Assembly (NCBI GenBank): GCA_000432775.1
Contig: HF990416.1
Span: 44,683-108,682 of the forward strand
Direction: 5' to 3'
DNA from: Alistipes sp. CAG:831
GTDB taxonomy: Bacteria > Bacteroidota > Bacteroidia > Bacteroidales > UBA932
DNA length: 64,000 bases
A program made the position numbers and the translations under genes. Shown here one piece after another: positions 34,303-43,990 of this stretch. Every line of letters starts with the position of its first letter. The stretch's first letter is position 1. Under the pieces are notes generated by a model. That model was not told the DNA's origin. It did not search any database and saw only the letters and a program-made list of their open reading frames with translations.

Positions 34303-35331
34303 ATGGAAAGGAACGATTTTATAATAAGGTATGCCGCCCTGGGCGACCGCATCAGAAGATGGGCCGGAGGCTGCGGGCAATGGCCGGAGCTGGATACGGC
34401 GGTGGAACTGTCCGCACGCGACAATGTGTTCTTCACCCCCTGGATGCAACGGCAGGCCCTGGAGGCTCTGGCAGACGGAATGCTGAGGGAGGATGTGCTG
34501 AGGAAGTGGCTGGGACAATACCCTGAGCCCGGTCCCGGGGCCGCAGGGAAGGTCTGCGGAGTGGTCGCGGCCGGCAACATCCCGGCGGTGGCGTTCCACG
34601 ACATACTGACGGTGCTGGCCGCAGGATGGCGGCCCCTGGTCAAACTGTCATCAAAGGACTCCCACCTGCTGCCGGTACTTTTCCCGGACGCGGAATTCCG
34701 CAACTCGACCGATGGATGGAGAGTGGACGCCCTGCTGACGATGGGCGGGGACGCTGCGGCGGATTTTTTCCAGGAGCGGTTCAGCGGCACTCCCATGCTC
34801 ATCCGCGCCGGCAGGTTCAGCGCCGCAGTCCTTACCGGAAATGAGGACGGGAGCACCCTCGAAGCCCTGGCCCGGGACATGCTCCTTTACTACGGCATGG
34901 GCTGCCGCAGCGCGACTTGCCTTCTGGTGCCGAAAGGATACGACATGTCCGGAATAATGGCTGCCGCGGAGACATTCGCACTGGCCCGCCTCGGACAACC
35001 GGCGGTGGACTTCCACCGCAAAAACAGGGCTGTACTCACACTCGCCGGAGAAAAATTCCTGGACAGCGGCACCATCATTTTCCGGGACCTCAGGGACCTG
35101 CTGCCTGGAGCAAAGGAGGACATCGGACTGTGCAGACCGTGGGGGCAGTCCCTGCACATAGGAGAGATATGGTATGCGGAATACGGTACGGAAAAGGAGC
35201 TGGAAAAATTTATCGGAGCCAATGTGGACAGAATTCAAAAAATTATCCGTAACTTTGGTTCGGTTCAGAGGCCCTCTCCGGACGACTGGCCCGACGGAGC
35301 GGACGCTCTGGACATGCTTATACGACTTTAA
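34303..35331 (+). CDS. LuxC-like acyl-CoA reductase family protein
   Basis: ~340 aa with VVAAGNIPAVAFHDILTVLAAGW, typical of Bacteroidetes LuxC-family reductases. ATG at 34303; the ORF track starts at a TTG at 34282. Confidence 0.6.
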   Translation: MERNDFIIRYAALGDRIRRWAGGCGQWPELDTAVELSARDNVFFTPWMQRQALEALADGMLREDVLRKWLGQYPEPGPGAAGKVCGVVAAGNIPAVAFHDILTVLAAGWRPLVKLSSKDSHLLPVLFPDAEFRNSTDGWRVDALLTMGGDAAADFFQERFSGTPMLIRAGRFSAAVLTGNEDGSTLEALARDMLLYYGMGCRSATCLLVPKGYDMSGIMAAAETFALARLGQPAVDFHRKNRAVLTLAGEKFLDSGTIIFRDLRDLLPGAKEDIGLCRPWGQSLHIGEIWYAEYGTEKELEKFIGANVDRIQKIIRNFGSVQRPSPDDWPDGADALDMLIRL

Positions 35332-35341
35332 CTTCAACGCC

Positions 35342-35848
35342 ATGATACTAAGATACAAAGCAACTATCCCTGGGAACAGGACATTCATGCGGGAATACGA
35401 TGTGGATTCCGGCATGAGTCTGTACAAGTTCCGTGAATATATGGACAGGGAACTGGGCTTCTCGCCCGATCAGATGACGGTGTTCGAGACTCTCTCGGCC
35501 GCCGGAAAGCTATCCAGAAGGATAGGCCTGTTCGACTTCGGAGACGGCTCCATGGACAGGATCACCATCGACAACACCGTCTCCCACGAGGAAACCGTCC
35601 TCCGCTACATCTACAATCTGACCCTGAATCTCTGCATCGAACTCCGGCTGGAGGGAGAGCAGGAGTTCAACCGCCGCCTCTCCTACCCCGTACTGGTAGC
35701 TGAAAAAGGCCGGAATCCGGACCAGTTTTCCGCCGTGTACGAAGACTACGAGGAATTTTCCGACCGTCATGTCTCACAGTCAGCCGCACCCGAAGAAGAG
35801 GATTCCTTCGAGGAAGACGAGCTGCCCGAGGGCGAGGAGAGCCTGTAG
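35342..35848 (+). CDS. Hypothetical protein with acidic C-terminal tail, weakly resembling the pRiA4b ORF-3/TnpR-passenger family
   Basis: MILRYKATIPGNRTFMREYDV...LFDFGDGSMDRITI...EEEDSFEEDELPEGEESL. The ATG at 35342 is 11 nt after the LuxC-like stop. Confidence 0.5.
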   Translation: MILRYKATIPGNRTFMREYDVDSGMSLYKFREYMDRELGFSPDQMTVFETLSAAGKLSRRIGLFDFGDGSMDRITIDNTVSHEETVLRYIYNLTLNLCIELRLEGEQEFNRRLSYPVLVAEKGRNPDQFSAVYEDYEEFSDRHVSQSAAPEEEDSFEEDELPEGEESL

Positions 35849-35857
35849 CTGCCCGGC

Positions 35858-36712
35858 ATGAGCGGGAAAAAGCTGATACAGGTACTGGGGCCTACGGCTG
35901 TGGGCAAGACGGACTATGCCATACGGTTGGCCCTGAAATATTCATCCCCGGTAATATCCTGCGATTCCAGACAGATATTCAAGGAGATGCGCATCGGCAC
36001 CGCCCCTCCCTCCGAGGCTCAGCTGCGGCAGGTACGGCACTACTTCATATTCAGCCACTCAGTGGCGGACTACTATTCCGCCGGGCTATACGAAGTGGAG
36101 GCCATGGAGCTGCTGGGCAGGCTGTTTCAGGAGCATGACGTACTGATAATGGTCGGTGGCTCAGGACTCTATGCCGACGCCCTCTGCTACGGACTGGACG
36201 ATTTTCCTCCCGCCGATCAGGAGTTGCGCAGACTCTTGACGGAAAGGGCGTTGAAGGAAGGAGTCGCCCCCCTTGCCGAGGAGCTGCGACGGGTGGACCC
36301 CGAAAGCTGGGCCACCATCGACCACTCCAACCGGCAGCGTGTAGTCCGGGCACTGGAAGTAACCCTCTCTACCGGACGCAAATTCTCTTCATACAAATCC
36401 AACCCCCGTAAAGTCAGGCCATTTGAAATACAGAGACTCTGCCTGACCCTCCCCCGCGAGGAACTATACCGCCGGATCGACCGGCGGGCCGAAGCCATGT
36501 TTGAGGCCGGACTGGTGGAGGAAGTCCGGAGTCTTGCTCCATACCGGCAGATGCCGGCACTGCGCACAGTCGGCTACCGGGAAGTCTTCGACTGTCTGGA
36601 CGGAAAGATTTCCCTGGACGAGGCGCTCGCTCTGGTGCAGCGCAACACGCGCAGATATGCCAAGAGGCAGATTACATGGTTCGCTCCCATTGAGGAGAAA
36701 ATATCCCTCTGA
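35858..36712 (+). CDS. miaA: tRNA dimethylallyltransferase
   Basis: P-loop GPTAVGKT, IPT-family motifs. Confidence 0.9.
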   Translation: MSGKKLIQVLGPTAVGKTDYAIRLALKYSSPVISCDSRQIFKEMRIGTAPPSEAQLRQVRHYFIFSHSVADYYSAGLYEVEAMELLGRLFQEHDVLIMVGGSGLYADALCYGLDDFPPADQELRRLLTERALKEGVAPLAEELRRVDPESWATIDHSNRQRVVRALEVTLSTGRKFSSYKSNPRKVRPFEIQRLCLTLPREELYRRIDRRAEAMFEAGLVEEVRSLAPYRQMPALRTVGYREVFDCLDGKISLDEALALVQRNTRRYAKRQITWFAPIEEKISL

Positions 36713-36758
36713 CCCTGCACGATATCCTCCATGCACCGCCGAGGGCTTTGGACTTATT

Positions 36759-36793
36759 TTTGCATACTGTTTTTCAATTTTTGCGTACCTTTG
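36759..36793 (+). promoter_or_regulatory. Bacteroidetes-type promoter (-33 TTTG, -7 TACCTTTG) upstream of the antiporter gene
   Basis: TTTG at 36759 and TACCTTTG at 36786, 23-nt spacer. Confidence 0.45.
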
Positions 36794-36838
36794 TAGGCAA
36801 ACACCAATAGTCATCATTTAATCCGCCAAGATCCGCTT

Positions 36839-38491
36839 ATGACCCTCACATTGCTCCTGCTGGTAGCCGCCGTCGTGATAGTGCTGTGCGTAGTGCTCAA
36901 CAACGTGTCCAACAAGATAGGAATCCCTATGCTGCTGGCATTCATCCTGTTGGGCATGGCGTTCGGCTCCGAGGGGATAGTCAAGATCCCGTTTGACAAC
37001 TTCGATTTCACAGAAAGCATCTGTACGGTGGCCCTGATATTCATCATGTTCTACGGCGGATTCGGAACCAGATGGAAAGAAGCCAGGCCGGTAGTGGTAA
37101 AGGCCGGCATCCTGTCCACCCTCGGAGTGGCGATGACGGCGGCCCTGACCGGACTATTCTGCCACTACGTCCTTAAGATGCCCGCTGCCCTGGGTTTCCT
37201 GATCGGGGCGGTGCTCAGCTCGACTGACGCGGCGTCGGTCTTCTCAATTCTGCGTTCCCGCAAGCTGGGTCTGAAATACAACACAGCCTCCCTCCTCGAG
37301 ATCGAGAGCGGTAGCAACGACCCGTGCTCCTACATGCTGACAGTAATCATGATGTCAGTCATCGAGGGGACAGTCTCCGGCGGGGCAATAATATATAAGG
37401 TATTCGCCCAGATAGTCTACGGTGCCGCCATCGGAGCCGCCATCGCTGTCGCTGCCGTATGGCTGATGAAGAGATTCCGCGCCACCACCTCAGGGTTTGA
37501 CACCCTCTTCGTACTGGCCGTGGCCATATTCTCCTACGCCATTCCCAACCTGATAGGCGGCAACGGCTACCTGAGCGCCTACATCGTGGGCATTGTCCTG
37601 GGAAACGCCAACATCCGAGGCAAGAAGACCCTGGTACCCTTCTTCGACGGACTGACCAGCCTCATGCAGATTATCATCTTCTTCCTGCTGGGACTGCTCT
37701 CCTTCCCCTCACAGCTGCCGGCGATTGCCATACCGGCCATCCTGATAGCCCTGTTCATGACATTCATTGCCCGTCCCCTGTCCGTATTTGCCATCATGGC
37801 CCCCTTCCGGAGCAAATGGAGACAGCAGCTGCTGGTATCATTCGTGGGTCTCAGGGGCGCGGCATCCGTAGTATTCGCCATCATGGCCCTGCCGGCATCC
37901 CGCCAGCTCACAGGCAACGAGCACGACCTCTTCAACATAGTGCTGATGATTGTACTGCTGTCAATCTCCCTGCAGGGGTCGCTCATTCCCCTTGTGGCCA
38001 GGAAGCTGAAAATGACATCCCGGGAGGAGGATATCCTCAAGACCTTCACCGACTATTCCGACAACATGGACGTAAGCTTCGTCCAGCTGAATATCAGCGA
38101 GAAGGACTCCTGGTGCGGGAAAGTCATAAAGGACCTGCCGATACCTCAGGAAACACTTATTGCGGTAATACTCAGGAATGACAAGGCTATCGTCCCCAAC
38201 GGGAAAACAAAAATACTGGCCGGAGACAAGGTCATCATGAGCGCCCGCGACTTCGATGACGAGGACCTCATGCAGCTTTCCGAAAGGCGCATCGAGAGAG
38301 GCAGCGAATGGATCGGCAAGAAGGTATTCCAGTACTCTCCTGACAGCAACGAGCTGATAGTGCTCATCAAACGCGGTGAAAGGGCAATCATCCCGCGCGG
38401 CAACACCGTGATACACAAGAACGACATCATGGTCGTAAACAAAATACGCAGGGAATCCCTCCAAACGGAGCCGGCCCGCACCGGAAAATAA
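36839..38491 (+). CDS. CPA1-family K+(Na+)/H+ antiporter (NhaP2-like) with C-terminal TrkA-C domains
   Basis: 13 TM N-terminal exchanger domain, two RCK_C/TrkA-C-like C-terminal repeats. Confidence 0.8.
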   Translation: MTLTLLLLVAAVVIVLCVVLNNVSNKIGIPMLLAFILLGMAFGSEGIVKIPFDNFDFTESICTVALIFIMFYGGFGTRWKEARPVVVKAGILSTLGVAMTAALTGLFCHYVLKMPAALGFLIGAVLSSTDAASVFSILRSRKLGLKYNTASLLEIESGSNDPCSYMLTVIMMSVIEGTVSGGAIIYKVFAQIVYGAAIGAAIAVAAVWLMKRFRATTSGFDTLFVLAVAIFSYAIPNLIGGNGYLSAYIVGIVLGNANIRGKKTLVPFFDGLTSLMQIIIFFLLGLLSFPSQLPAIAIPAILIALFMTFIARPLSVFAIMAPFRSKWRQQLLVSFVGLRGAASVVFAIMALPASRQLTGNEHDLFNIVLMIVLLSISLQGSLIPLVARKLKMTSREEDILKTFTDYSDNMDVSFVQLNISEKDSWCGKVIKDLPIPQETLIAVILRNDKAIVPNGKTKILAGDKVIMSARDFDDEDLMQLSERRIERGSEWIGKKVFQYSPDSNELIVLIKRGERAIIPRGNTVIHKNDIMVVNKIRRESLQTEPARTGK

Positions 38492-38515
38492 GACAACATA
38501 CAGCTACACAACATT

Positions 38516-39664
38516 ATGGATAAAGCAAAAGTCTACTTCACAGACCTGCACACCTCCACCAGACTTCCGCTGGTAGAGAAGATGAAAGCCGTGGCCAAGG
38601 CCGCCGGCATCGGGCAGATCGACTTCAAGGACAAATTCACAGCCATCAAGATGCACTTCGGAGAACCCGGAAACCTGGCATTCCTCCGTCCCAACTACGC
38701 CGCCGGCATAGCCGAACTCGTCCGCTCCCTGGGCGGCAAACCGTTCCTGACTGACTCCAATACCCTGTACTCAGGAGGCCGCTCCAACGCCGTGGACCAT
38801 CTCGACAGCGCGATACGCAACGGCTTCAACCGTCTGAGCGCAGGATGCGACGTAATCATCGCGGACGGACTCAAGGGCACCGAATGCCGCGAGCTGCCGA
38901 TAGAGGGCGGCACCTACTGCAAGACGGCCAAGATAGGCTCAGCCATCGCGGATGCGGACGTAATCATCGCACTGAGCCACTTCAAGGGCCATGAGCAGAC
39001 CGGTTTCGGAGGCGCCCTGAAGAATATGGGCATGGGCTGCGCCAGTGTGGCCGGCAAGCTCGAGCTGCATTCGTCCTCGAAGCCGGTGGTCAAGGTCGAG
39101 AACTGCCGCTGCTGCGGAATCTGCGTAAAACACTGCGCCCACGACGCCATTCATCTTGAAAAGATTGACGGCGTGAACTACTCCGGCAAGAATATCGCCG
39201 CAGTCATAGATTACTCGAAGTGCGTAGGCTGCGGACAGTGCGTGGCCCTCTGCCAGTACGAATCCGCAGTGCTGAAGGACTGGGACACCTCCGAGACCCT
39301 CAACGGCAAGATAGCCGAATACACCAAAGCCATCGTCACCGGCCATCCCTGCTTCTACATCAACCTGATAGTCAACGTATCCCCCGAGTGCGACTGCTGG
39401 AACCACAACGACGCCGCCATAGTACCCGACCTCGGCATAGCCGCCTCCTTCGACCCCGTGGCCCTCGACCAGGCCTGCGCCGACATGGTTATGGCAGCCC
39501 CTGCCCTTCCCGGCAGCAAACTGGAGAAAAACCATCCGCACGAACACCTCTGCGGCGAGGACAAATTCCATATCCTCCACCCCGACACCAACTGGCAGGC
39601 CGGCCTCGAGCACGCTGAAAAGATAGGCATCGGCACCCGGCAGTACGAGCTCGTCACCATCTGA
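38516..39664 (+). CDS. DUF362 domain iron-sulfur protein with 2x[4Fe-4S] ferredoxin motif
   Basis: N-terminal DUF362 region. Cys clusters CRCCGICVKHC and CVGCGQCVALC. 24-nt gap after the antiporter gene. Confidence 0.75.
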   Translation: MDKAKVYFTDLHTSTRLPLVEKMKAVAKAAGIGQIDFKDKFTAIKMHFGEPGNLAFLRPNYAAGIAELVRSLGGKPFLTDSNTLYSGGRSNAVDHLDSAIRNGFNRLSAGCDVIIADGLKGTECRELPIEGGTYCKTAKIGSAIADADVIIALSHFKGHEQTGFGGALKNMGMGCASVAGKLELHSSSKPVVKVENCRCCGICVKHCAHDAIHLEKIDGVNYSGKNIAAVIDYSKCVGCGQCVALCQYESAVLKDWDTSETLNGKIAEYTKAIVTGHPCFYINLIVNVSPECDCWNHNDAAIVPDLGIAASFDPVALDQACADMVMAAPALPGSKLEKNHPHEHLCGEDKFHILHPDTNWQAGLEHAEKIGIGTRQYELVTI

Positions 39665-39924
39665 GCAGTACCCGAACGGGGCTATTGATGTACCAGGTCG
39701 ACGACCTGACTGACGACACCGCATGACTGACACGATGTGCAGGCCAAGCCGTCCGCCCCGACTGAACGGCATGAATTGCAAGGTCACAGCATAAACAGCG
39801 GCGACAGCCTGTACGGGCCCGCCACTGCCTGACCACTACCCGGATGGGACTGCGGAACAGATGCACACCTTAATCTGCACTGGTCGCACACTCTTTTCCG
39901 TTAACCACCTGACAATCAAATAAT

Positions 39925-39988
39925 TACCACTTTACCGTGTGCTTTCGTCAGTTTTAAAACCGATATGAAAGCACATAGCAAAGTGGTA
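39925..39988. repeat. Long imperfect hairpin (22-bp arms TACCACTTTACCGTGTGCTTTC / GAAAGCACATAGCAAAGTGGTA) inside a ~700-bp non-coding spacer
   Basis: Inverted repeat with 3 mismatches over 22 bp and a 20-nt loop. Confidence 0.5.
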
Positions 39989-40367
39989 TTCATCTCATTA
40001 TCAAACACTTGCAACACACCTGCGTGCCGGCAATTCAAGACCGCAGAACTGATCGCAGAGCTGACCGCTGCCTGACCGCAAACTGACAGACTGCCGGAAT
40101 CGACATCCCGTAGTACCTACCGCAACGGCACCGAATCGCGGAAATCGCTGCCAGTGCGGAACGAGACGGAGGGGTATAGGAAGGAGTGGAAGTGGGATTT
40201 CCGGCGAAAATGGCCTCTCAGATCTCCGTCGTGGAAATGCGCGTTTCCTACTCCTTCGGAAGGAGTGGGAAGAGTGGTAGGAGTGGTAGCGGGATGCGCG
40301 GTTATGTGGTGATATGCGGATAGAAATCTCTGCGAATCCGAATGTTTTGTGTAGATTTGCGCGCGGA

Positions 40368-41273
40368 ATGATAGAACACGTAAGAATAAATTCGGTGAGG
40401 GCTTGGGTGCTCGCCGCCAGACCGAAGACTCTGGCCGGGGCGGCCGCGCCCGTGATTATGGGAGGAGCCTGCGCCTGGATGTGGCTGAGCGGAAATGCGG
40501 AAGTCAACATGTTCAACTGGTGGGCCTTCGCTCTGTGCATCCTGTTTGCGTGGATAATGCAGGTGGACGCCAATTTTGTCAACGACTATTTCGATTTCAA
40601 AAAGGGCGGAGACACTGAGCAGAGACTGGGGCCGAAGAGGGCCTGCGCGCAGGGCTGGATAACTCCACGGGCAATGAAGACCGGCATCATCGTCACGACT
40701 GCCCTGGCCTGCGCCGTCGGCCTGCCCCTGATATGGATTGGCGGGCTGTGGATGATAGCCGTCGGAGCTGCCTGCGTGGTGTTCTGCTTCCTGTATACCA
40801 CGAAGTTCTCGAGGATGGGACTGGGCGACCTGCTGGTACTGGTGTTCTTCGGAATTGTTCCGGTAGGATTCACATTTTTCCTGCAGACCGGGACGTGGAA
40901 CCTGCAGGCCACTCTCGCCGGACTCTCCTGCGGTCTGGCCGTGGACTGCCTGCTGATGGTCAACAACTACCGCGACCGTGCCGAAGACGCGCAACAGGGC
41001 AAGCGGACCATCGTCGTCCGCCTCGGAGGCAGCGCCGCCATTGTCCTGTACTACCTCCTCGGACTGTGCGCGACGATGTTCGCAGCAGCCGTCATTGTAC
41101 TGAGCAAGCCGGGATGGTGCGCCGCCCCGCTGCTGCTGTACGCAGCCCTGCACCTAGCCACATCCAGACGGATAAGCGCCACCGACGGAGCCGCTCTCAA
41201 TCCATTCCTGGGCAAAACCTCCCGCAATTTCTTCTTTCTTTCCGTGCTTTTTTCAGTAGGATGCCTCCTGTGA
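40368..41273 (+). CDS. menA: 1,4-dihydroxy-2-naphthoate polyprenyltransferase (UbiA family)
   Basis: UbiA-family TM profile with the Asp-rich motif NDYFDFKKG. ATG at 40368 (MIEHVRINSVRAWVLAARPKTL). Confidence 0.8.
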   Translation: MIEHVRINSVRAWVLAARPKTLAGAAAPVIMGGACAWMWLSGNAEVNMFNWWAFALCILFAWIMQVDANFVNDYFDFKKGGDTEQRLGPKRACAQGWITPRAMKTGIIVTTALACAVGLPLIWIGGLWMIAVGAACVVFCFLYTTKFSRMGLGDLLVLVFFGIVPVGFTFFLQTGTWNLQATLAGLSCGLAVDCLLMVNNYRDRAEDAQQGKRTIVVRLGGSAAIVLYYLLGLCATMFAAAVIVLSKPGWCAAPLLLYAALHLATSRRISATDGAALNPFLGKTSRNFFFLSVLFSVGCLL

Positions 41274-41331
41274 CTTGTACGCGCAGGCATATTTTTCATA
41301 CCTTTGTAGGTTGGATAAAATTCATTCCTCA

Positions 41332-43014
41332 ATGAAAAGGACAACAGTATTGATAGCAGTTGCCATCCTCTGCCTTGCGGGCTACAGGGGCATGGCCCAG
41401 TCTGAGACCGTGACCCGTACAAGTTCACTGAACATATCCGAAGAGGTCCGTCCCCCTGTGCTCAGAATTACGGATATCCGGCTCGAGGATCCTTCCGGGA
41501 ACAATGCCATAGATGCCGGAGAGACCTGCTGTATAGTCATGACAGTCAGGAATGAAGGCTTCGGAGACGGCATCGGACTGAGAGGGGTTGTCAGCGGTTC
41601 GGGTTCGGTCCAGGGGCTCGAATACAGTGACATCGGCATAAACGACATCCCGGTGGGAAAGACAGAGACGGTGCGGTTCCCGATAACTGCGACCACGGAA
41701 ACTGAGGACGGCAGGGCCGAATTTGCACTGAAGATCGAAGAGCCCATGGGCTTCGGCACTGACGAAGTCACCATAGCCGTGGATACCAGAAAATTCGAGC
41801 ACCCCATGGTGCGTCTTGTGGACTACTCCGTCACAGGACAGCAGGGGTCGCTTAAAAAGATGCAGGTATTCAATCTCCAGGTACTGGTGCAGAACACCGA
41901 ACACGGACGCGCACAGGACGTCAGCGTGGATATGAAACTTCCTTCCGGTGTTTTCCTGATGGACGGTAAGGCAGACCACACATTCACCGGCCTCGGTCCC
42001 GGCGAGACCATATCCCTCGAATACGCCCTGATCGTAAACAACGACTACTCTTCCAGGGAAATCCCGATACATTTCGGCATCTCGGAAAGCTACGGGCTCT
42101 ATGCTGAAAACAAAGATATCACCCTGACCATCGACCAGCAGCTCGCATCCCACATGATAGAGATTGAGTCTGTTGCAGGGAATGCCCCTGGCCGGATAGA
42201 GGTGGCGTCACTCCGTTCCGACGTGGACCGCAACATTCCTGTCACCGGCACAGTGCATCCCGACCGATTCGCCATCATAATCGGGAACGAGGACTACCAT
42301 TCCTACCAGAAAGGGCTCTCGGATGAGGCCGACGTACCGTTCGCAGCCAATGACGCAGCGGTATTTGCCCGCTACTGCAACAGTGTCCTCGGCATACCTG
42401 ATGACAATATAGTCCTGCTCACAAACGCACGCTGGTCTGACATGAACTGGGAAATAAACCGCATCACCGGCATCGTCAGCCTCCGGGGCAGCGACGCGGA
42501 ACTGATACTTTACTATGCCGGACACGGATTCCCGGATGAGCAGTCCAGGGAGTCCTACCTCATCCCGGTGGACATTTCCGGCACGGACTACGAATCCGGA
42601 TTCAGACTCTCGGACATCTATGAGCAACTCGCCTCCACCGGCGCAGGAAGAATAACCGTATTCATGGACGCCTGCTTCAGCGGCGGCGGACGGCGTGCCG
42701 GACTGCTGGCGGCCAGAGGGGTCAGGGTCGTACCCAAGGAGACACCGCTGAAAGGCAATCTGGTCGTATTCTCAGCCACCACTGACGACCAGGTGGCCCT
42801 GCCCTACACCGAGAAGCAGCACGGCATGTTCACCTATTTCCTGCTCAAGAAACTGCAGGAGACTTCCGGTGACTGCACCTACTCCGAACTGTCCGATTAC
42901 CTCACATCGGAAGTATCCGAATACAGCCTCAGAGTCAACTACAAGCAACAGAATCCCGAGACCGCCTGCTCCTACGAGGTGGAGCATGAGTGGGAAGAAT
43001 GGAAGTTCAACTGA
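41332..43014 (+). CDS. Secreted peptidase C14 (caspase-domain) protein with two N-terminal CARDB-like beta-sandwich domains
   Basis: Signal peptide MKRTTVLIAVAILCLAGYRGMAQS. Catalytic dyad motifs YYAGHG and DACFSGG. The N-terminal repeats resemble CARDB. Confidence 0.8.
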   Translation: MKRTTVLIAVAILCLAGYRGMAQSETVTRTSSLNISEEVRPPVLRITDIRLEDPSGNNAIDAGETCCIVMTVRNEGFGDGIGLRGVVSGSGSVQGLEYSDIGINDIPVGKTETVRFPITATTETEDGRAEFALKIEEPMGFGTDEVTIAVDTRKFEHPMVRLVDYSVTGQQGSLKKMQVFNLQVLVQNTEHGRAQDVSVDMKLPSGVFLMDGKADHTFTGLGPGETISLEYALIVNNDYSSREIPIHFGISESYGLYAENKDITLTIDQQLASHMIEIESVAGNAPGRIEVASLRSDVDRNIPVTGTVHPDRFAIIIGNEDYHSYQKGLSDEADVPFAANDAAVFARYCNSVLGIPDDNIVLLTNARWSDMNWEINRITGIVSLRGSDAELILYYAGHGFPDEQSRESYLIPVDISGTDYESGFRLSDIYEQLASTGAGRITVFMDACFSGGGRRAGLLAARGVRVVPKETPLKGNLVVFSATTDDQVALPYTEKQHGMFTYFLLKKLQETSGDCTYSELSDYLTSEVSEYSLRVNYKQQNPETACSYEVEHEWEEWKFN

Positions 43015-43032
43015 CAATAAATCCTCACCGAA

Positions 43033-43917
43033 ATGAGAACAGGGAAAATACCCGCATTCGTAACTGCACTGGCAATACTGTGCGCTGCCAATTTTCAGGC
43101 CGTCGCCCAGAACGTCTCCGCCGCCACGTTCCGGCAGGACGGGAAAAAAGTCATAGTGACCTTCAGCCTCGACCGGGAGGCGGACATAAGCCTTTTCGTA
43201 TCCACAGACGGGGGCAGCACGTTCCTGGGCCCGCTGGAAAAGGTATCCGGGGATGTAGGAGAAAAGGTTTCTTCCGGGAAATGCAGCATAACATGGGACC
43301 CGATAGCTGAATTCGGAGGAATCAGCGGCAGCGACATCTGTTTCAAGGTCAAGGCAGAACCGGCAAGGAAACCCGCCACAGCCGCATCCTCCCGCAGCAA
43401 AGCCGGCAAGGAACCCTTCGCCAGATTCGGTGTGGGCGCCGGCATAGGCACAATGCAGATAGGCACTGAGTCCCTGCTCACCTACCATATTCCCATAGAG
43501 CTGCTCCTGGGCCGCAACAGCCAGAGACTGAATTTCAGCATCGGAGAGACTTTTTCCTTCTTCAAGAATACCGTCCAGTTCTCCACTGCAGCGACCCTGA
43601 AGGTCAATTTTGCCGACATGTTCTACATCGGAGCCGGAGGTGGCCTCAACATCAATGTTTACACTGACGAGGAAGGTTTTCTGGAGGATTTGGACTATTT
43701 CGACCTGGACTTCGATTTCGACGATGACGGTCCGGATGATGCCGACAGCATGACCGAATCTGTCCAGTTGCCTGAGTTTACCGGATTCATACTTGCCGAA
43801 GTGGGCATACGCATATCCGGGTTTGATCTGTCGGTATTCTACAAATACGATTCCTACAGAATAAACGGCGCTCCGACCCCCGGAACCTTTGGCGGAGTTT
43901 TCAAATATTACTTTTAG
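43033..43917 (+). CDS. Hypothetical outer-membrane beta-barrel protein with N-terminal soluble domain
   Basis: Signal peptide ending AVAQ. Gly-rich amphipathic strands. C-terminal FKYYF (aromatic terminal residue typical of OMP barrels). 18-nt gap after the caspase gene. Confidence 0.55.
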   Translation: MRTGKIPAFVTALAILCAANFQAVAQNVSAATFRQDGKKVIVTFSLDREADISLFVSTDGGSTFLGPLEKVSGDVGEKVSSGKCSITWDPIAEFGGISGSDICFKVKAEPARKPATAASSRSKAGKEPFARFGVGAGIGTMQIGTESLLTYHIPIELLLGRNSQRLNFSIGETFSFFKNTVQFSTAATLKVNFADMFYIGAGGGLNINVYTDEEGFLEDLDYFDLDFDFDDDGPDDADSMTESVQLPEFTGFILAEVGIRISGFDLSVFYKYDSYRINGAPTPGTFGGVFKYYF

Positions 43918-43937
43918 ATAAGCAAAAGTGCACGATT

Positions 43938-43970
43938 TTTGCTGCACTTAGGCGATTTGGTCTATATTTG
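43938..43970 (+). promoter_or_regulatory. Bacteroidetes-type promoter (-33 TTTG, -7 TATATTTG) for the RND efflux operon
   Basis: TTTG at 43938, TATATTTG at 43963, 21-nt spacer, ATG at 43991. Confidence 0.5.
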
Positions 43971-43990
43971 CACCGCTATATTGCAACACT

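Noticed and set aside
35174-35341. Upstream extension of the hypothetical ORF overlapping the LuxC-like gene 3' end
   Set aside because: The start at the ATG at 35342 directly follows the LuxC stop. The extension is an out-of-frame overlap without support.
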